DNA of 64,000 nucleotides from Schmidtea nova (GCA_044892505.1 CM097884.1:60202001-60266000), one strand, 5' to 3'; positions 10,494 to 24,878 are shown, counted from the stretch's first letter. Notes: generated by a model from the sequence alone, not told the origin. Numbers and translations: made by a program.

Positions 10494-13400
10494 GTTAATA
10501 TAGAATTGGATACAGGTTAATATAGAATTGGATACAGGTTAATATAGAATTAGATACAGGTTAATATAGAATTGGATACAGGTTAATATAGAATTAGATA
10601 CAGGTTAATATAGAATTGGATACAGGTTAATATAGAATTAGATACAGGTTAATATAGAATTGGATACAGGTTAATATAGAATTGCATACAGGTTAATATA
10701 GAATTGGATACAGGTTAATATAGAATTAGATACAGGTTAATATAGAAATGCATAAAGGTTAATATAGAATTGGATACAGGTTAATATAGAAATGCATACA
10801 GGTTAATATAGAAATGCATACAGGTTAATATATAATTGGATACAGGTTAATATAGAAATGCATACAGGTTAATATAGAATTGCATACAGGTTAATATAGA
10901 AATGCATACAGGTTAATATAGAATTGCATACAGGTTAATATAGAATTGGATACAGGTTAATATAGAATTAGATACAGGTTAATATAGAATTGGATACAGG
11001 TTAATATAGAATTAGATACAGGTTAATATAGAATTGCATACAGGTTAATATAGAATTGGATACAGGTTAATATAGAATTAGATACAGGTTAATATAGAAT
11101 TGGATACAGGTTAATATAGAATTGGATACAGGTTAATATAGAATTAGATACAGGTTAATATAGAATTGGATACAGGTTAATATAGAATTAGATACAGGTT
11201 AATATAGAATTGCATACAGGTTAATATAGAATTGGATACAGGTTAATATAGAATTAGATACAGGTTAATATAGAATTGGATACAGGTTAATATAGAATTA
11301 GATACAGGTTAATATAGAAATGCATAAAGGTTAATATAGAATTGGATACAGGTTAATATAGAAATGCATACAGGTTAATATAGAAATGCATACAGGTTAA
11401 TATATAATTGGATACAGGTTAATATAGAAATGCATACAGGTTAATATAGAATTGCATACAGGTTAATATAGAATTGGATACAGGTTAATATAGAATTAGA
11501 TACAGGTTAATATAGAATTGGATACAGGTTAATATAGAATTGGATACAGGTTAATATAGAATTAGATACAGGTTAATATAGAATTGGATACAGGTTAATA
11601 TAGAATTAGATACAGGTTAATATAGAATTGCATACAGGTTAATATAGAATTGGATACAGGTTAATATGGAATTAGATACAGGTTAATATAGAATTGGATA
11701 CAGGTTAATATAGAATTAGATACAGGTTAATATAGAAATGCATACATGTTAACATAGAATTAGATACAGGTTAATATAGAAATGCATACATGTTAACATA
11801 GAATTAGATACAGGTTAATATAGAAATGCATAAAGGTTAACATAGAATTGGATACAGGTTAATATAGAATTGGATACAGGTTAATATAGAATTGGATACA
11901 GGTTAATATAGAATTGGATACAGGTTAATATAGAATTGCATACAGGTTAATATAGAATTAGATACAGGTTAATATAGAATTGGATACAGGTTAATATAGA
12001 ATTAGATACAGGTTAATATAGAAATGCATACATGTTAACATAGAATTGGATACAGGTTAATATAGAATTGGATACAGGTTAATATAGAATTAGATACAGG
12101 TTAATATAGAAATGCATACAGGTTAATATAGAAATGCATACAGGTTAATATAGAATTGGATACAGGTTAATATAGAATTAGATACAGGTTAATATAGAAA
12201 TGCATACAGGTTAATATAGAAATGCATACAGGTTAATATAGAATTGGATACAGGTTAATAAAGAATTGCATACAGGTTAATATAGAATTGGATACAGGTT
12301 AATATAGAATTGGATACAGGTTAATATAGAATTGCATACAGGTCAATATAGAATTGGATACAGGTTAATATAGAATTAGATACAAGTTAATATAGAATTG
12401 GATACAGGTTAATATAGAATTAGATACAGGTTAATATAGAAATGCATACATGTTAACATAGAATTGGATACAGGTTAATATAGAATTGGATACAGGTTAA
12501 TATAGAATTAGATACAGGTTAATATAGAAATGCATACATGTTAACATAGAATTGGAAACAGGTTAACATAGAAATGCATACATGTTAACATAGAATTGGA
12601 TACAGGTTAACATAGAATTCGATACAGGTTAATATAGAATTAGATACAGGTTAATATAGAAATGCATAGAGGTTAACATAGAATTGGATACAGGTTAATA
12701 TAGAATTGGATACAGGTTAATATAGAAATGCATAGAGGTTAATATAGAATTGGATACAGGTTAATATAGAATTGGATACAGGTTAATATAGAATTAGATA
12801 CAGGTTAATATAGAATTGGATACAGGTTAATATAGAATTAGATACAGGTTAATATAGAATTGCATACAGGTTAATATAGAATTGCATACAGGTTAATATA
12901 GAATTGGATACAGGTTAATATAGAATTGCATACAGGTTAATATAGAATTGGATACAGGTTAATATAGAATTGGATACAGGTTAATATAGAATTGGATACA
13001 GGTTAATATAGAATTAGATACAGGTTAATATAGAAATGCATAAAGGTTAATATAGAATTGGATACAGGTTAATATAGAAATGCATACAGGTTAATATAGA
13101 AATGCATACAGGTTAATATATAATTGGATACAGGTTAATATAGAAATGCATACAGGTTAATATAGAATTGCATACAGGTTAATATAGAATTGGATACAGG
13201 TTAATATAGAATTAGATACAGGTTAATATAGAATTGGATACAGGTTAATATAGAATTAGATACAGGTTAATATAGAATTGCATACAGGTTAATATAGAAT
13301 TGGATACAGGTTAATATAGAATTAGATACAGGTTAATATAGAATTGGATACAGGTTAATATAGAATTGGATACAGGTTAATATAGAATTAGATACAGGTT

Positions 13401-16046
13401 AATATAGAATTGGATACAGGTTAATATAGAATTAGATACAGGTTAATATAGAATTGCATACAGGTTAATATAGAATTGGATACAGGTTAATATAGAATTA
13501 GATACAGGTTAATATAGAATTGGATACAGGTTAATATAGAATTAGATACAGGTTAATATAGAAATGCATAAAGGTTAATATAGAATTGGATACAGGTTAA
13601 TATAGAAATGCATACAGGTTAATATAGAAATGCATACAGGTTAATATATAATTGGATACAGGTTAATATAGAAATGCATACAGGTTAATATAGAATTGCA
13701 TACAGGTTAATATAGAATTGGATACAGGTTAATATAGAATTAGATACAGGTTAATATAGAATTGGATACAGGTTAATATAGAATTAGATACAGGTTAATA
13801 TAGAATTGGATACAGGTTAATATAGAATTAGATACAGGTTAATATAGAATTGGATACAGGTTAATATAGAATTGGATACAGGTTAATATAGAATTAGATA
13901 CAGGTTAATATAGAATTGGATACAGGTTAATATAGAATTAGATACAGGTTAATATAGAATTGCATACAGGTTAATATAGAATTGGATACAGGTTAATATA
14001 GAATTAGATACAGGTTAATATAGAATTGGATACAGGTTAATATAGAATTAGATACAGGTTAATATAGAAATGCATACATGTTAACATAGAATTAGATACA
14101 GGTTAATATAGAAATGCATACATGTTAACATAGAATTAGATACAGGTTAATATAGAAATGCATAAAGGTTAACATAGAATTGGATACAGGTTAATATAGA
14201 ATTGGATACAGGTTAATATAGAATTGCATACAGGTTAATATAGAATTGGATACAGGTTAATATAGAATTAGATACAGGTTAATATAGAAATGCATACAGG
14301 TTAATATAGAAATGCATACAGGTTAATATAGAATTGGATACAGGTTAATATAGAATTAGATACAGGTTAATATAGAAATGCATACAGGTTAATATAGAAA
14401 TGCATACAGGTTAATATAGAATTGGATACAGGTTAATAAAGAATTGCATACAGGTTAATATAGAATTGGATACAGGTTAATATAGAATTGGATACAGGTT
14501 AATATAGAATTGCATACAGGTCAATATAGAATTGGATACAGGTTAATATAGAATTAGATACAAGTTAATATAGAATTGGATACAGGTTAATATAGAATTA
14601 GATACAGGTTAATATAGAAATGCATACATGTTAACATAGAATTGGATACAGGTTAATATAGAATTGGATACAGGTTAATATAGAATTAGATACAGGTTAA
14701 TATAGAAATGCATACATGTTAACATAGAATTGGAAACAGGTTAACATAGAAATGCATACATGTTAACATAGAATTGGATACAGGTTAACATAGAATTCGA
14801 TACAGGTTAATATAGAATTAGATACAGGTTAATATAGAAATGCATAGAGGTTAACATAGAATTGGATACAGGTTAATATAGAATTGGATACAGGTTAATA
14901 TAGAAATGCATAGAGGTTAATATAGAATTGGATACAGGTTAATATAGAATTGCATACAGGTTAATATAGAATTAGATACAGGTTAATATAGAATTGGATA
15001 CAGGTTAATATAGAATTAGATACAGGTTAATATAGAAATGCATACATGTTAACATAGAATTAGATACAGGTTAATATAGAAATGCATACATGTTAACATA
15101 GAATTAGATACAGGTTAATATAGAAATGCATAAAGGTTAACATAGAATTGGATACAGGTTAATATAGAATTGGATACAGGTTAATATAGAATTGCATACA
15201 GGTTAATATAGAATTGGATACAGGTTAATATAGAATTAGATACAGGTTAATATAGAAATGCATACAGGTTAATATAGAAATGCATACAGGTTAATATAGA
15301 ATTGGATACAGGTTAATATAGAATTAGATACAGGTTAATATAGAAATGCATACAGGTTAATATAGAAATGCATACAGGTTAATATAGAATTGGATACAGG
15401 TTAATAAAGAATTGCATACAGGTTAATATAGAATTAGATACAGGTTAATATAGAATTGCATACAGGTTAATATAGAATTGGATACAGGTTAATATAGAAT
15501 TGGATACAGGTTAATATAGAATTGGATACAGGTTAATATAGAATTGGATACAGGTTAATATAGAATTGGATACAGGTTAATATAGAATTGCATACAGGTC
15601 AATATAGAATTGGATACAGGTTAATATAGAATTAGATACAAGTTAATATAGAATTGGATACAGGTTAATATAGAATTAGATACAGGTTAATATAGAAATG
15701 CATACATGTTAACATAGAATTGGATACAGGTTAATATAGAATTGGATACAGGTTAATATAGAATTAGATACAGGTTAATATAGAAATGCATACATGTTAA
15801 CATAGAATTCGATACAGGTTAATATAGAATTAGATACAGGTTAATATAGAAATGCATAGAGGTTAACATAGAATTGGATACAGGTTAATATAGAATTGGA
15901 TACAGGTTAATATAGAAATGCATAGAGGTTAATATAGAATTGGATAAAGGTTAATATAGAATTGCATACAGGTTAATATAGAATTGCATACAGGTCAATA
16001 TAGAATTGGATACAGGTTAATATAGAATTGGATACAGGTTAATATA
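10494..16046. repeat. 22-bp tandem satellite, 252 units (consensus GTTAATATAGAATTGGATACAG)
   Basis: 10494-16037 is 5544 bp, exactly 252 x 22. Recurrent variants are TTGG, TTAG, TTGC and ATGC. Confidence 0.98.
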
Positions 16047-17967
16047 AAAATACATAACCCTGTAATCGAGTCAGTCAGTTCTCTCAGATATATTAAAAAA
16101 TTGGCACTGCTAGCAATTTGAAAGAATGGTCAATATCTTTATTTGTGCCATGCAGAAAATAACTACATATTTGAACTGAGAATGAATTTGTGACACAATT
16201 AAATTTGTGGGAGTTCATTTGTAAGCTCTTGCTAGTTTTCCAAGAAAAAAATACTCGTTAACTATTTTGGAAAATACTAATTATAATTTGTGCCATAATT
16301 CCATTATGAATCAAACCACAGATCCTAGATTTAAAAGACAAGTTAGCTAACATTCTTTTTCATTTGATCGAATATTGTTAATATAATTAAATACAAATTT
16401 CTCTTCGCCTAATTATCCGAATGTAATACATTCTGTGTTCCAGTAGATTACTGCCAGTGGTGTATTGGTAAAATAAGAACTAACGGTACGCATGGTGAGA
16501 GACTTTCCACAAGCAGCTTCCTGAAATGTTTTTGGATATCATTTTACTTTAAGCAAACTATTGTTTTCCTTGTAAGTTTTTTATTTTTTTTATTCTTACT
16601 ATACAAAATATTAACAAACCCAAAAATAAGAAATTCGAAAAAAGATAAAAATAGGAATATTAAAGATATTATTATTATTTTTATGTAGTACACTTATAGT
16701 GTAATAGAAAAACTCCCAAATAGGATCACACACAATTTCATCATTTGACCCTGCTCTTTCGACTTGCTCGTCAGTAGCGGATCGACGAGAACGCAACCAG
16801 GTTTTTACGCATAAATTTGATTCCAAAATTCCAAGGGTGGGTAGGCAGAAAATTGAATGGGTAAAGACAATAAATAGTAATAGGTAGTCGTCTAATATTA
16901 CTGACTGTGTTGGGTAGACTCTTCTTGCATGTTAGCTTAAAGAGTAAGTCGGTAGGATGGGATATTGCACACCACAGAAGAGATATTCTAGATAGTCAAC
17001 CAGGTAAGTATTAGAACCATTTAAAAAATCACCAAATATCAGGAAATATTTAATAAAGGTACGAGTTGATTGCCTTCGCAATGATTCCCGTAAATGAAGC
17101 TAATTGATGGGAAACCTGCGATGCCAACGTGCGGGATTTGGGATCGGAACATGCCACAAATAACCCGAGCAGTGCATTAGCAACACGTAGAAAGAAACAT
17201 TTATTCTCAGCAAATCGCTTACAATATTGCATGCAAATCTTACCAATAAAATATTTCCACTTTTTATGGAAATTTTAGGCTAGTTATACAATTAAACCAG
17301 TTTTTCACAGGTTTTATTAAAGTTTTACTTTGGAATCGTATTTAATTTGTAAATTCTTGCATTTCTTGCAAGTAGGTTGGTGATAATTCTATCTGCGTTT
17401 CCACATTTCCCATCATTCCCTATCGATTTTTAGGGATGCACAAGTTCAATCGGTGATACAGATCGATACGCAACATTAAAATGATTGTTCTAATTTGTTC
17501 ACCGTTTAAATGTTCGCAATGGTCAAATTATTAGGAAACAAAGATATTTATCGTTTCGTGTCCAAATTTATTTTATAAATTGTAAAAATTATAAATAAAA
17601 CGTTTCTAATAACATTTTAAAAGGAAAGTCAGCTGGGCGATGAATTAGGATTTGAAACATCAATAATCAATTAATTTAATGCTGTTCAAGGTAGTTGGAC
17701 GCGTTCCGTCAATACAAATCCACCGTGTTGCGTAATTATACGCCGAATGATGCAATAGTCGACATACAAGTCTTTCCTCTTCCGCAGTAATTGACCCTTA
17801 GCTTGGCTTGATCATATAAGCAACGGAACAATGGGAATCAGTGGGAGAGTGATTTAATTTATACTTTATTTCATTGGCAACGTCTTATATATTAGCTATA
17901 GTTCGCTGTCAGTGTAGATACTTTTTCATTTTTTTAAACATTTTTATAAAAAACAATTAATTCTTAC

Positions 17968-18574
17968 TCAAAAACCGAGAATTAATCGGTGAAGCAAATC
18001 CCTCATATCGCACATTATAATGCCTGTAATACGCTAGATGTAACTCCATCGGATCGCCCCATTGATAACTGCCGTTTCCGAGAGATTCATAGCGCAACAA
18101 CATTCTCGTTATATCATCCAACGGATAATGCATAATTAAATAAGATAGATTGTCAAATTTCTTAGATGAAAATTCTCCATAACGAATGATATTATTGTCT
18201 AGTTGCGGCAGTAAATCGTAAAATATTATTGCGGAATATCTTTGATGAGACTCATTAATAAATTCAAGAAGTTTCTTTACGGCTTCTATTGATTTTAAAT
18301 CTTTGTTTTTCCAAAAAAAATCCTTCTCCATGATTGCATTAACTAACTTATTAGCTATTTCATGATCGAATGTTATTTCTGATAGCAGAGGGAATGTGGC
18401 ATATTTTGGAAGGGATTTATCTTCATTAATTACCAGCAGCCAGTGCTGAATGACATTTGTTCCTTCTTGTTTCTGTCTGGAATTTTCCAACATACAAATT
18501 TTATGGAAATATGTGTAAAGTTCTTGAGTAATAAACACCCATTGTTTATATTCGATTTGAATTGAAGTATCCAT
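17968..18574 (-). CDS. PCIF1: PCIF1/CAPAM-like m6A methyltransferase, exon 1
   Basis: NVIQHWLL, MLLRYESLGNGSYQWGDP and YNVRYEGFASPINSRFL, compared with PCIF1 LLRRY...FGVSFECFASPLN. Phase-1 donor A|GTAAGA at 17967 matches the phase of exon 2. Confidence 0.8.
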
Positions 18575-18968
18575 AAATTTACTATTTCAAATAAATTACT
18601 GAAATTATTTTTTGAAAAAAGTATAATAATAAAAATTTTAGAAAACTTACAATTTCACGAAGATATCAAGAATTAAAAGTAAAATTCTAACAGTATCTTT
18701 AATTATGAAATGAATATTAAATTTCTGTATTGCGAGCTCAGTTATTTAAACAATTATTAGCTCATTTAAATATTGTAACCGAAAGATGATTTATTTAAAT
18801 AGAGATTAATTTAAATATTTTAAGATAAAGACTTTCAAAATAATTGAAACATTGATCTTACAATAATAAATTTTAAAATAATTTATAAAATAATATAAGA
18901 AGATATGGTTTAAGTTACAATTTCTTAATAATGCATAATAACATAATAGTTATTTCGCGCCCACAGAA

Positions 18969-19241
18969 ATGAAAGTAGTGAGGGAGAAGTTGGGACCGGC
19001 CATACAAACAATCGAGGAGCAGAGGATCGAGTTGACGGCTGCTAAAATCAAAATGAACAACTGCCGAAGGTTCATTTTTAAATCTTTTGTCACCGAGGAG
19101 TTGAAAGAGCTGATTCAACCGGTAACGCTGGAGAAATGGTATCCCGCACTTGATCACGTGGAGGAGGCTGCGAAGGAAGCAGTTGAGCAAGGGAAAGAAG
19201 AAACGCCGGAAAACTCATGCACAGTGACGACGCCAAATTAG
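18969..19241 (+). CDS. Unassigned 90-aa ORF or exon in a GC-richer island
   Basis: Coding-like composition against an AT-rich background. No family recognised. Confidence 0.25.
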   Translation: MKVVREKLGPAIQTIEEQRIELTAAKIKMNNCRRFIFKSFVTEELKELIQPVTLEKWYPALDHVEEAAKEAVEQGKEETPENSCTVTTPN

Positions 19242-22200
19242 ACAAACGATTGCAGACGAAATGGAAAGGATAACTACCGACTCTGAGAGAAAGGAAAATG
19301 CGAAACTGTCAAGGTTGATTGTATGAATTTGAAGGATAATTGTGTCGTTATAATTAAATATATGTATTGTTAAATTTTGTCCTGGATTTTTGATTAGTAA
19401 CAGCTTAGAAATTAAATAAAGAATTGAAACTATTTTTCTTAAAAAATCACTGGAAAGAGATGGTTAATATAGAGACCTAAGTACATCCTAAATGAGTGAC
19501 CAACGACAGGGGGCGGGGAAAGAGTCATATGACTTTCTATCGGTCAAGGAGAACTCGTACAATGCGACAAATCATGAGCAGTTTTTTGTAAAAGAGCTCA
19601 CCTGCCAATTTCCGATCGGCTATTATGCACAGTTCCAACGTGAATATTAAGGGTATTCACAGGTGCATAAAAAGCAGAGTTTTTGTGTGTTGTGGCCCTA
19701 GCGTAAAGATCGACTAGAGAAAGTAGTTGATAGTATAGAGTATATAAATTTTGTTTGTTCCACAACCTCAACGCCTGTTCAAAATTTTTAATCATCAATG
19801 GGGATATATAATACTGGTGGGTTGTTGATCGTCAATATGACCTTGACGTTACCATGGCTCTCATCAACAACTCAACACATAAAACATTGAATTTACCATC
19901 TTGTTACCCGTCACTATGTAACGTTGGTACTGTAACAAGTGGGTGGGTATTCGCAATCAGTGAGCGTCGTCAATACGAAACTATGATTGACCGAATATCT
20001 CCTGGGTCCAAGGGCTACCGATAGAAGGTTTAATGCCCGTTTTGTCCCTCCTTACATGATTTAGCTTTAAGTATTCAACAAAATTTTATCGGAAATTCAA
20101 CATAAATATTCTACCTAATTTCAAATTTATTATTGCATTCAAATAAATCATTCCGAACATCAAAAACACTGACAGCTCATGAAATTTTGCTAATATTACA
20201 ATTTCCGGCAAATAACAAATAATATTACAATAATAATATCTGCAATAATATTTAAATAATATTTATAATAATAAATAAAAAGTAAAAATTTTCTAAAATA
20301 AAATTTCCTTTCTATATTTAAAAATTTACATCTTTAATTTTTGCTTCATAAATAAAAATAAAACCAGATTCGTTGTTTGAATCTGTTAATATGATCAGAA
20401 TAAAATAATCCACATTCAAATATTAAGACAATGGTAAGATTGTTTCCTATAATATATTTTATTGATTTTTGGTATTAGTTTCTAGACAAAAAAAAATCTC
20501 CACGCATTCCCAATGGATTCGCTTCATCAGAGTTATAGAGTTGGTATTATTTATTTTTTTTATGTATAATTATTAATCCACTTGTTGAACTTCAGGCTCC
20601 GCGTAACCAGAATTAACCGAGACAATCCAACAACATCCACTTTTCATGGATATCCACGAGTTCCCCAATCAACTCCGTGCCGATCTTCATGCAGCCAAAT
20701 TATCTCGCCTTAATCTGGTTGAATCCATGCCCAGCTCCAAGAAATGAATTTCAATGCACATAACAATAGTAAAAAATTTTTGTAGTCAATAAACTCTTCC
20801 GATTTTCTTTTATTTTATTTTATATATTTATGTAGACATAATAATAAAAAAAATAATTAAAATAATTTTCTTCTGTAAAATGGTTAATTAATATGAGTAA
20901 AACGTTTGGTTAATGCGATTTTAGTCCTAAATATTGGAGAAATTAGTTACTATAGATTATTCGGGAATATTTTTTTTTATTATGGTATAGTGTGAAAAAA
21001 AATAGGAACTGTTGGTTGCATAGATCTGTGGAGATTGTGCAGTGAAAGATTCTGATTTCTGATGAAAAAGGTTTGTGAGGATGAGGCATGTGATACGTTT
21101 TGGTGAAGTGAAATGTGATGGCTACGAATGCGTGTGTACCAACTATTGTCCACTTGAGATGAATTCTCCTATTGTGATGGTTGCATGAAATTGTATGCTG
21201 AATGAAATAAAAAATCTACTGATACGTGAGCTATGTTAAGTGCTGGATGTATGATGCTAACCAACATGTCTGTGTGAAATTTATGGCATGGTTTGCTTGG
21301 GTATATGTGATTGTTGAATGCTATTGAATGATACGGTGTATGTGTGTATATTGTATTTTATATGTATGTTGCTTGTATATTAGTATGGATGATGCTATTG
21401 AGTGAAAAGGGTGTAATTTTTTTGCAATGAGGGATGTATTATAATTTTGGGATATCGCGGGGGTAGTTTTAATATAAGTTATATAACATATTTTTAAAAT
21501 TAAAATAATAAAAATCATTTTTAAATTAAAATAATAATTTTTACAATACTCTTACGGATTTTTAATTTATAATTTTATGAAAATTAACTAATGATGAAAT
21601 TTATAAGTTTTGAAATATATATTTTTGAAGTTAAATTTTTATATTTTAAGAATATATATATTAATCATAAAATTTTTCTATAAAAACTTTGAATTCGGAT
21701 TTTTATAAAAAGATAAAAATTATTAATATAATGATAAAATTTCGATCTATAATTTTTATGGGGTTCGATATAACTTTCGACTTGCAAATTCTCTGGAATT
21801 TTATGAAATGATAAAATCTTTTATATATTAACAATATTAGGAACATTTTTTGGTTTACAATTTTTTCATTTTAAAATTTTTGTAGTATAATAAAAAGCTA
21901 ATTTTTATTCTTGATCAAAATGAAATAATAATAAAATTTTTATCCATTAATTTCGAAATCCAAATAAACATTCAACCTAAAAAGTTTTATATACTGAATA
22001 AAAATAAAAATCATAAATTATAAATTCTTCGAAGAATATTTTTCGATATCGAGCCAAATGAATTTCGGTTTTGTTGAGCATGAATTTACCAATTAAAGTG
22101 CGCGCGAATTTTTCGGGACGCTTCACTTAGGAATTTCAGGCTCTCGAAAACGAGGTACACTGGAGAAACTTATTTAGACAATAATGAGTTTAATTCAGAT

Positions 22201-22947
22201 CAAATCAATACTTGTTTCACAATTCGTTTCATTTCGTGAGCATTATTCTAGCTTTGAGCATTATTTCGAACAATTTTCTTTTCATCATTAGCTTCTATTT
22301 TTCTTGCGTCTTTCGCATACGATGACCGTTGTTGAGTGTGTGAAGGTGAAGGTGAGTACAAGTCGATTTTTTTAATCAGTAATATTTCCTATTTTAGATT
22401 TCAAGACATGAATTAGAAGATTTTATGTTGTATTACGAAATTGCTTATGTAGATAATAAAAATATACTACTCTATTATAATAAAAATCATTAGTATAACA
22501 AATCCTTGCTCTTGGCCATACCACGATTCCCCAGTTGGGATGACGTGATTATGGATGTATGAGCCTCACCTTAAAGTGGAAATATGGGCTGGCCGATTAC
22601 CAATCAGACAACGATCCACCCAGGCTACTAACAGATCCGCACAACCAAGGCTGGACGGATCGTCAGAAGATATGGGAGAACAAAAAAGAATATTTATTTA
22701 GTTTTCATAATTCGATCTAAGTTGCAACTTATAATGAGATTTTTCTGATTATGTTGAGAATTTGTGATCAATAATATTAGCAAGAAAAATTAATAAAACT
22801 AATCATTAAATATTTTAATAATAAATCACTAGATTAATAAAATAATAAATAACATATTAAATAATAAAAGGCGAGGAATGGAAGGATCGTTAGGCATGAT
22901 AACGACCATTCCAATCCCAATAAAAATAATAATAAGTTGGTTAAAAC

Positions 22948-23738
22948 TGTTGGGTATTTGCGATGTTTAGTCGGTGCTGTTAGTCTGACTCCTCGGTGTT
23001 CTTTAAATTTGATTCAATAAAATAACCCAACACAGAAGAATTTATTTGTAACAATCACACTTTTTGACACACTAAGTCTCTTTAAAATTTCACAATAACT
23101 TTTATCACTGCTTCTCCGACTTCGCGTAGGGATAAGTCTCCCCAAGGAAGATCTCCCTTTCTGGTACGCTGGAATAATAAATTTGGTTTGGAACTTTTCA
23201 AATATCGCTCTTAACTCCTCACTTGCTGAATTCACTTACTTTTGCTTCGACCATTCTGGCCAACTTTAGTATTTGTCGTTCCCTTTTATACTGCTTCTGA
23301 TGATTGGTTTCCCACTTCGCTGCAGCTGTCAAATGGTAGTACGATTTGACGTTTTAATTTTCCATCTGTCGGTTACTCTCCGGGTCTCCTCCAAAGTTAT
23401 TTTTCTCAGGAATTATTACCTGTCATATTGCTTGTCCGGGTTCTCCATTGTCTCGGGTTTCCCATTTGTTCGGGCTTTCCCTTAGCCAATTAATTATTAA
23501 TTAATATTTTAATATTTTAATTATTTCTTTCTGGCGACCCCCCATTGACTTTGTTTTGTTATTTTTGGATTCGTTTCAATATTCGACATCCACCCATACC
23601 AATTTCCCCCGCTAATTCTCTGTTTCCGAATTTTTCCTAAATTTTAATTAATTTTGAAAATTTTATACGTTATTGATTTTTACTAAGTTTTTATGATTTG
23701 TATTTTTGTATTTTCCTAATTTTTACTAAACCCCAACA
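22948..23738 (-). repeat. 3' LTR (791 bp)
   Basis: TGTTGGG...CCCCAACA ends. Differs from the 5' LTR by about 8 substitutions and one 8-bp indel by visual comparison. Confidence 0.97.
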
Positions 23739-23752
23739 TACCTCTCCCCTTT
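23739..23752 (-). promoter_or_regulatory. Polypurine tract
   Basis: Minus strand reads AAGGGGAGAGGTA immediately before the TGTTGGGG start of the 3' LTR. Confidence 0.9.
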
Positions 23753-23869
23753 AATTTAGATTCGACCTCGAATCTATGTGTTCATATGTACCTGAATATG
23801 TAATATTTGTCCTTTGCTAAGTACAATGTAAGTCAATCAATTTTGCTTTGTACAATGCTAATAATGAAT

Positions 23870-24055
23870 GCTAATAATAACAATAATTATAATAACAATA
23901 ATAATCTCACTAATAGTAATAATAATAATAATAATATTACCACTAACGATAATGATATTATAGTGTTACCGGTGATAATGATAATGATAACAATCATCTT
24001 ATACACATATATACACACATATACATATATACACATATATATACATATATATGTA
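23870..24055. repeat. (AAT)n and (AT/AC)n microsatellites in the element's 3' region
   Basis: Read directly from the sequence. Confidence 0.9.
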
Positions 24056-24443
24056 TTTTCTAAGTATTTATTTTGATATGTATTCTTACAACTGTAATAT
24101 TGTAAAATGTTACCATAAAATTTAACCAAAATGTTTTTAATAAACATCAACTGATTGCAAAATTTTCATTAATGCTAAAATACATTAAATATTTCACTTT
24201 CCACCGGCCATTCTCAAACTATATTATAGATATTTTCAATGCTTAAAACCAGGTGTATAAGCTATTTGAATATTATTGGTCGCCATATTCAGTAAAACCC
24301 GGTGTATATTACTTTAAACACAAAAATGTGCAATTTAAATTGATAATTGACAGTAACTTTTGCATTTCAATTTAAAATTTGTTGGTTTAATCAATGTTAA
24401 TAATATAATAAAATTAAATTGTTTTTACTGGTAATTTCCATAC

Positions 24444-24535
24444 GTTAACTGTAATAAATCATTTTAGTCAACTGTAATAGATCATTTTAGTTAACTTTAA
24501 TAAATCATTTTAATTAACTTTAATAAATCATTTTA
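24444..24535. repeat. 23-bp tandem repeat, 4 copies (GTTAACTGTAATAAATCATTTTA)
   Basis: Four consecutive units at 23-nt spacing. Confidence 0.85.
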
Positions 24536-24878
24536 GTTTATATCCTGTATTAGTTATGTATCTGTCTATGAAAAGGTTTCTCTATTACATTATATTAAAA
24601 ATATTATAACCAGTCTTCTATGTCGTTCAGTAATCCGAAATAACCATACAATATTGAAGACAGAAATTTCTCATTGTATTCCCCGAAGGTATTGTAGTAA
24701 AAATGATGAATTATCTTTTCTTTTTTTTCAGAAAATATATTATATTTTAGCCATTTCAGTTAGATCTGTTGCTTTATTTTCATTTTGAGTGATTCCATTC
24801 CATCAAATTGTCGAGCTATTGGATAACCACGTACTCAATATTCCATTTTAAAATAATCATAGGTATTACAAATAATAT

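Noticed and set aside
10494-16046. 22-bp array as a CRISPR array or coding repeat
   Set aside because: The units are head-to-tail with no unique spacers, there are no cas genes, the context is eukaryotic, and the unit length is not a multiple of 3 and contains stops.
17881-17967. A short intron after PCIF1-like exon 1 using the nearby AAAAAG acceptor
   Set aside because: It gives an immediate stop and no PCIF1 motifs, whereas splicing to 8462 restores the FCSLF/FGS/NPPF motifs in frame.
23014-23485. 73-aa and 70-aa ORFs repeated in both LTRs (also 39531-40002)
   Set aside because: They have non-ATG starts, lie across TATA/R/U5 signals, and are duplicated only because the LTRs are.
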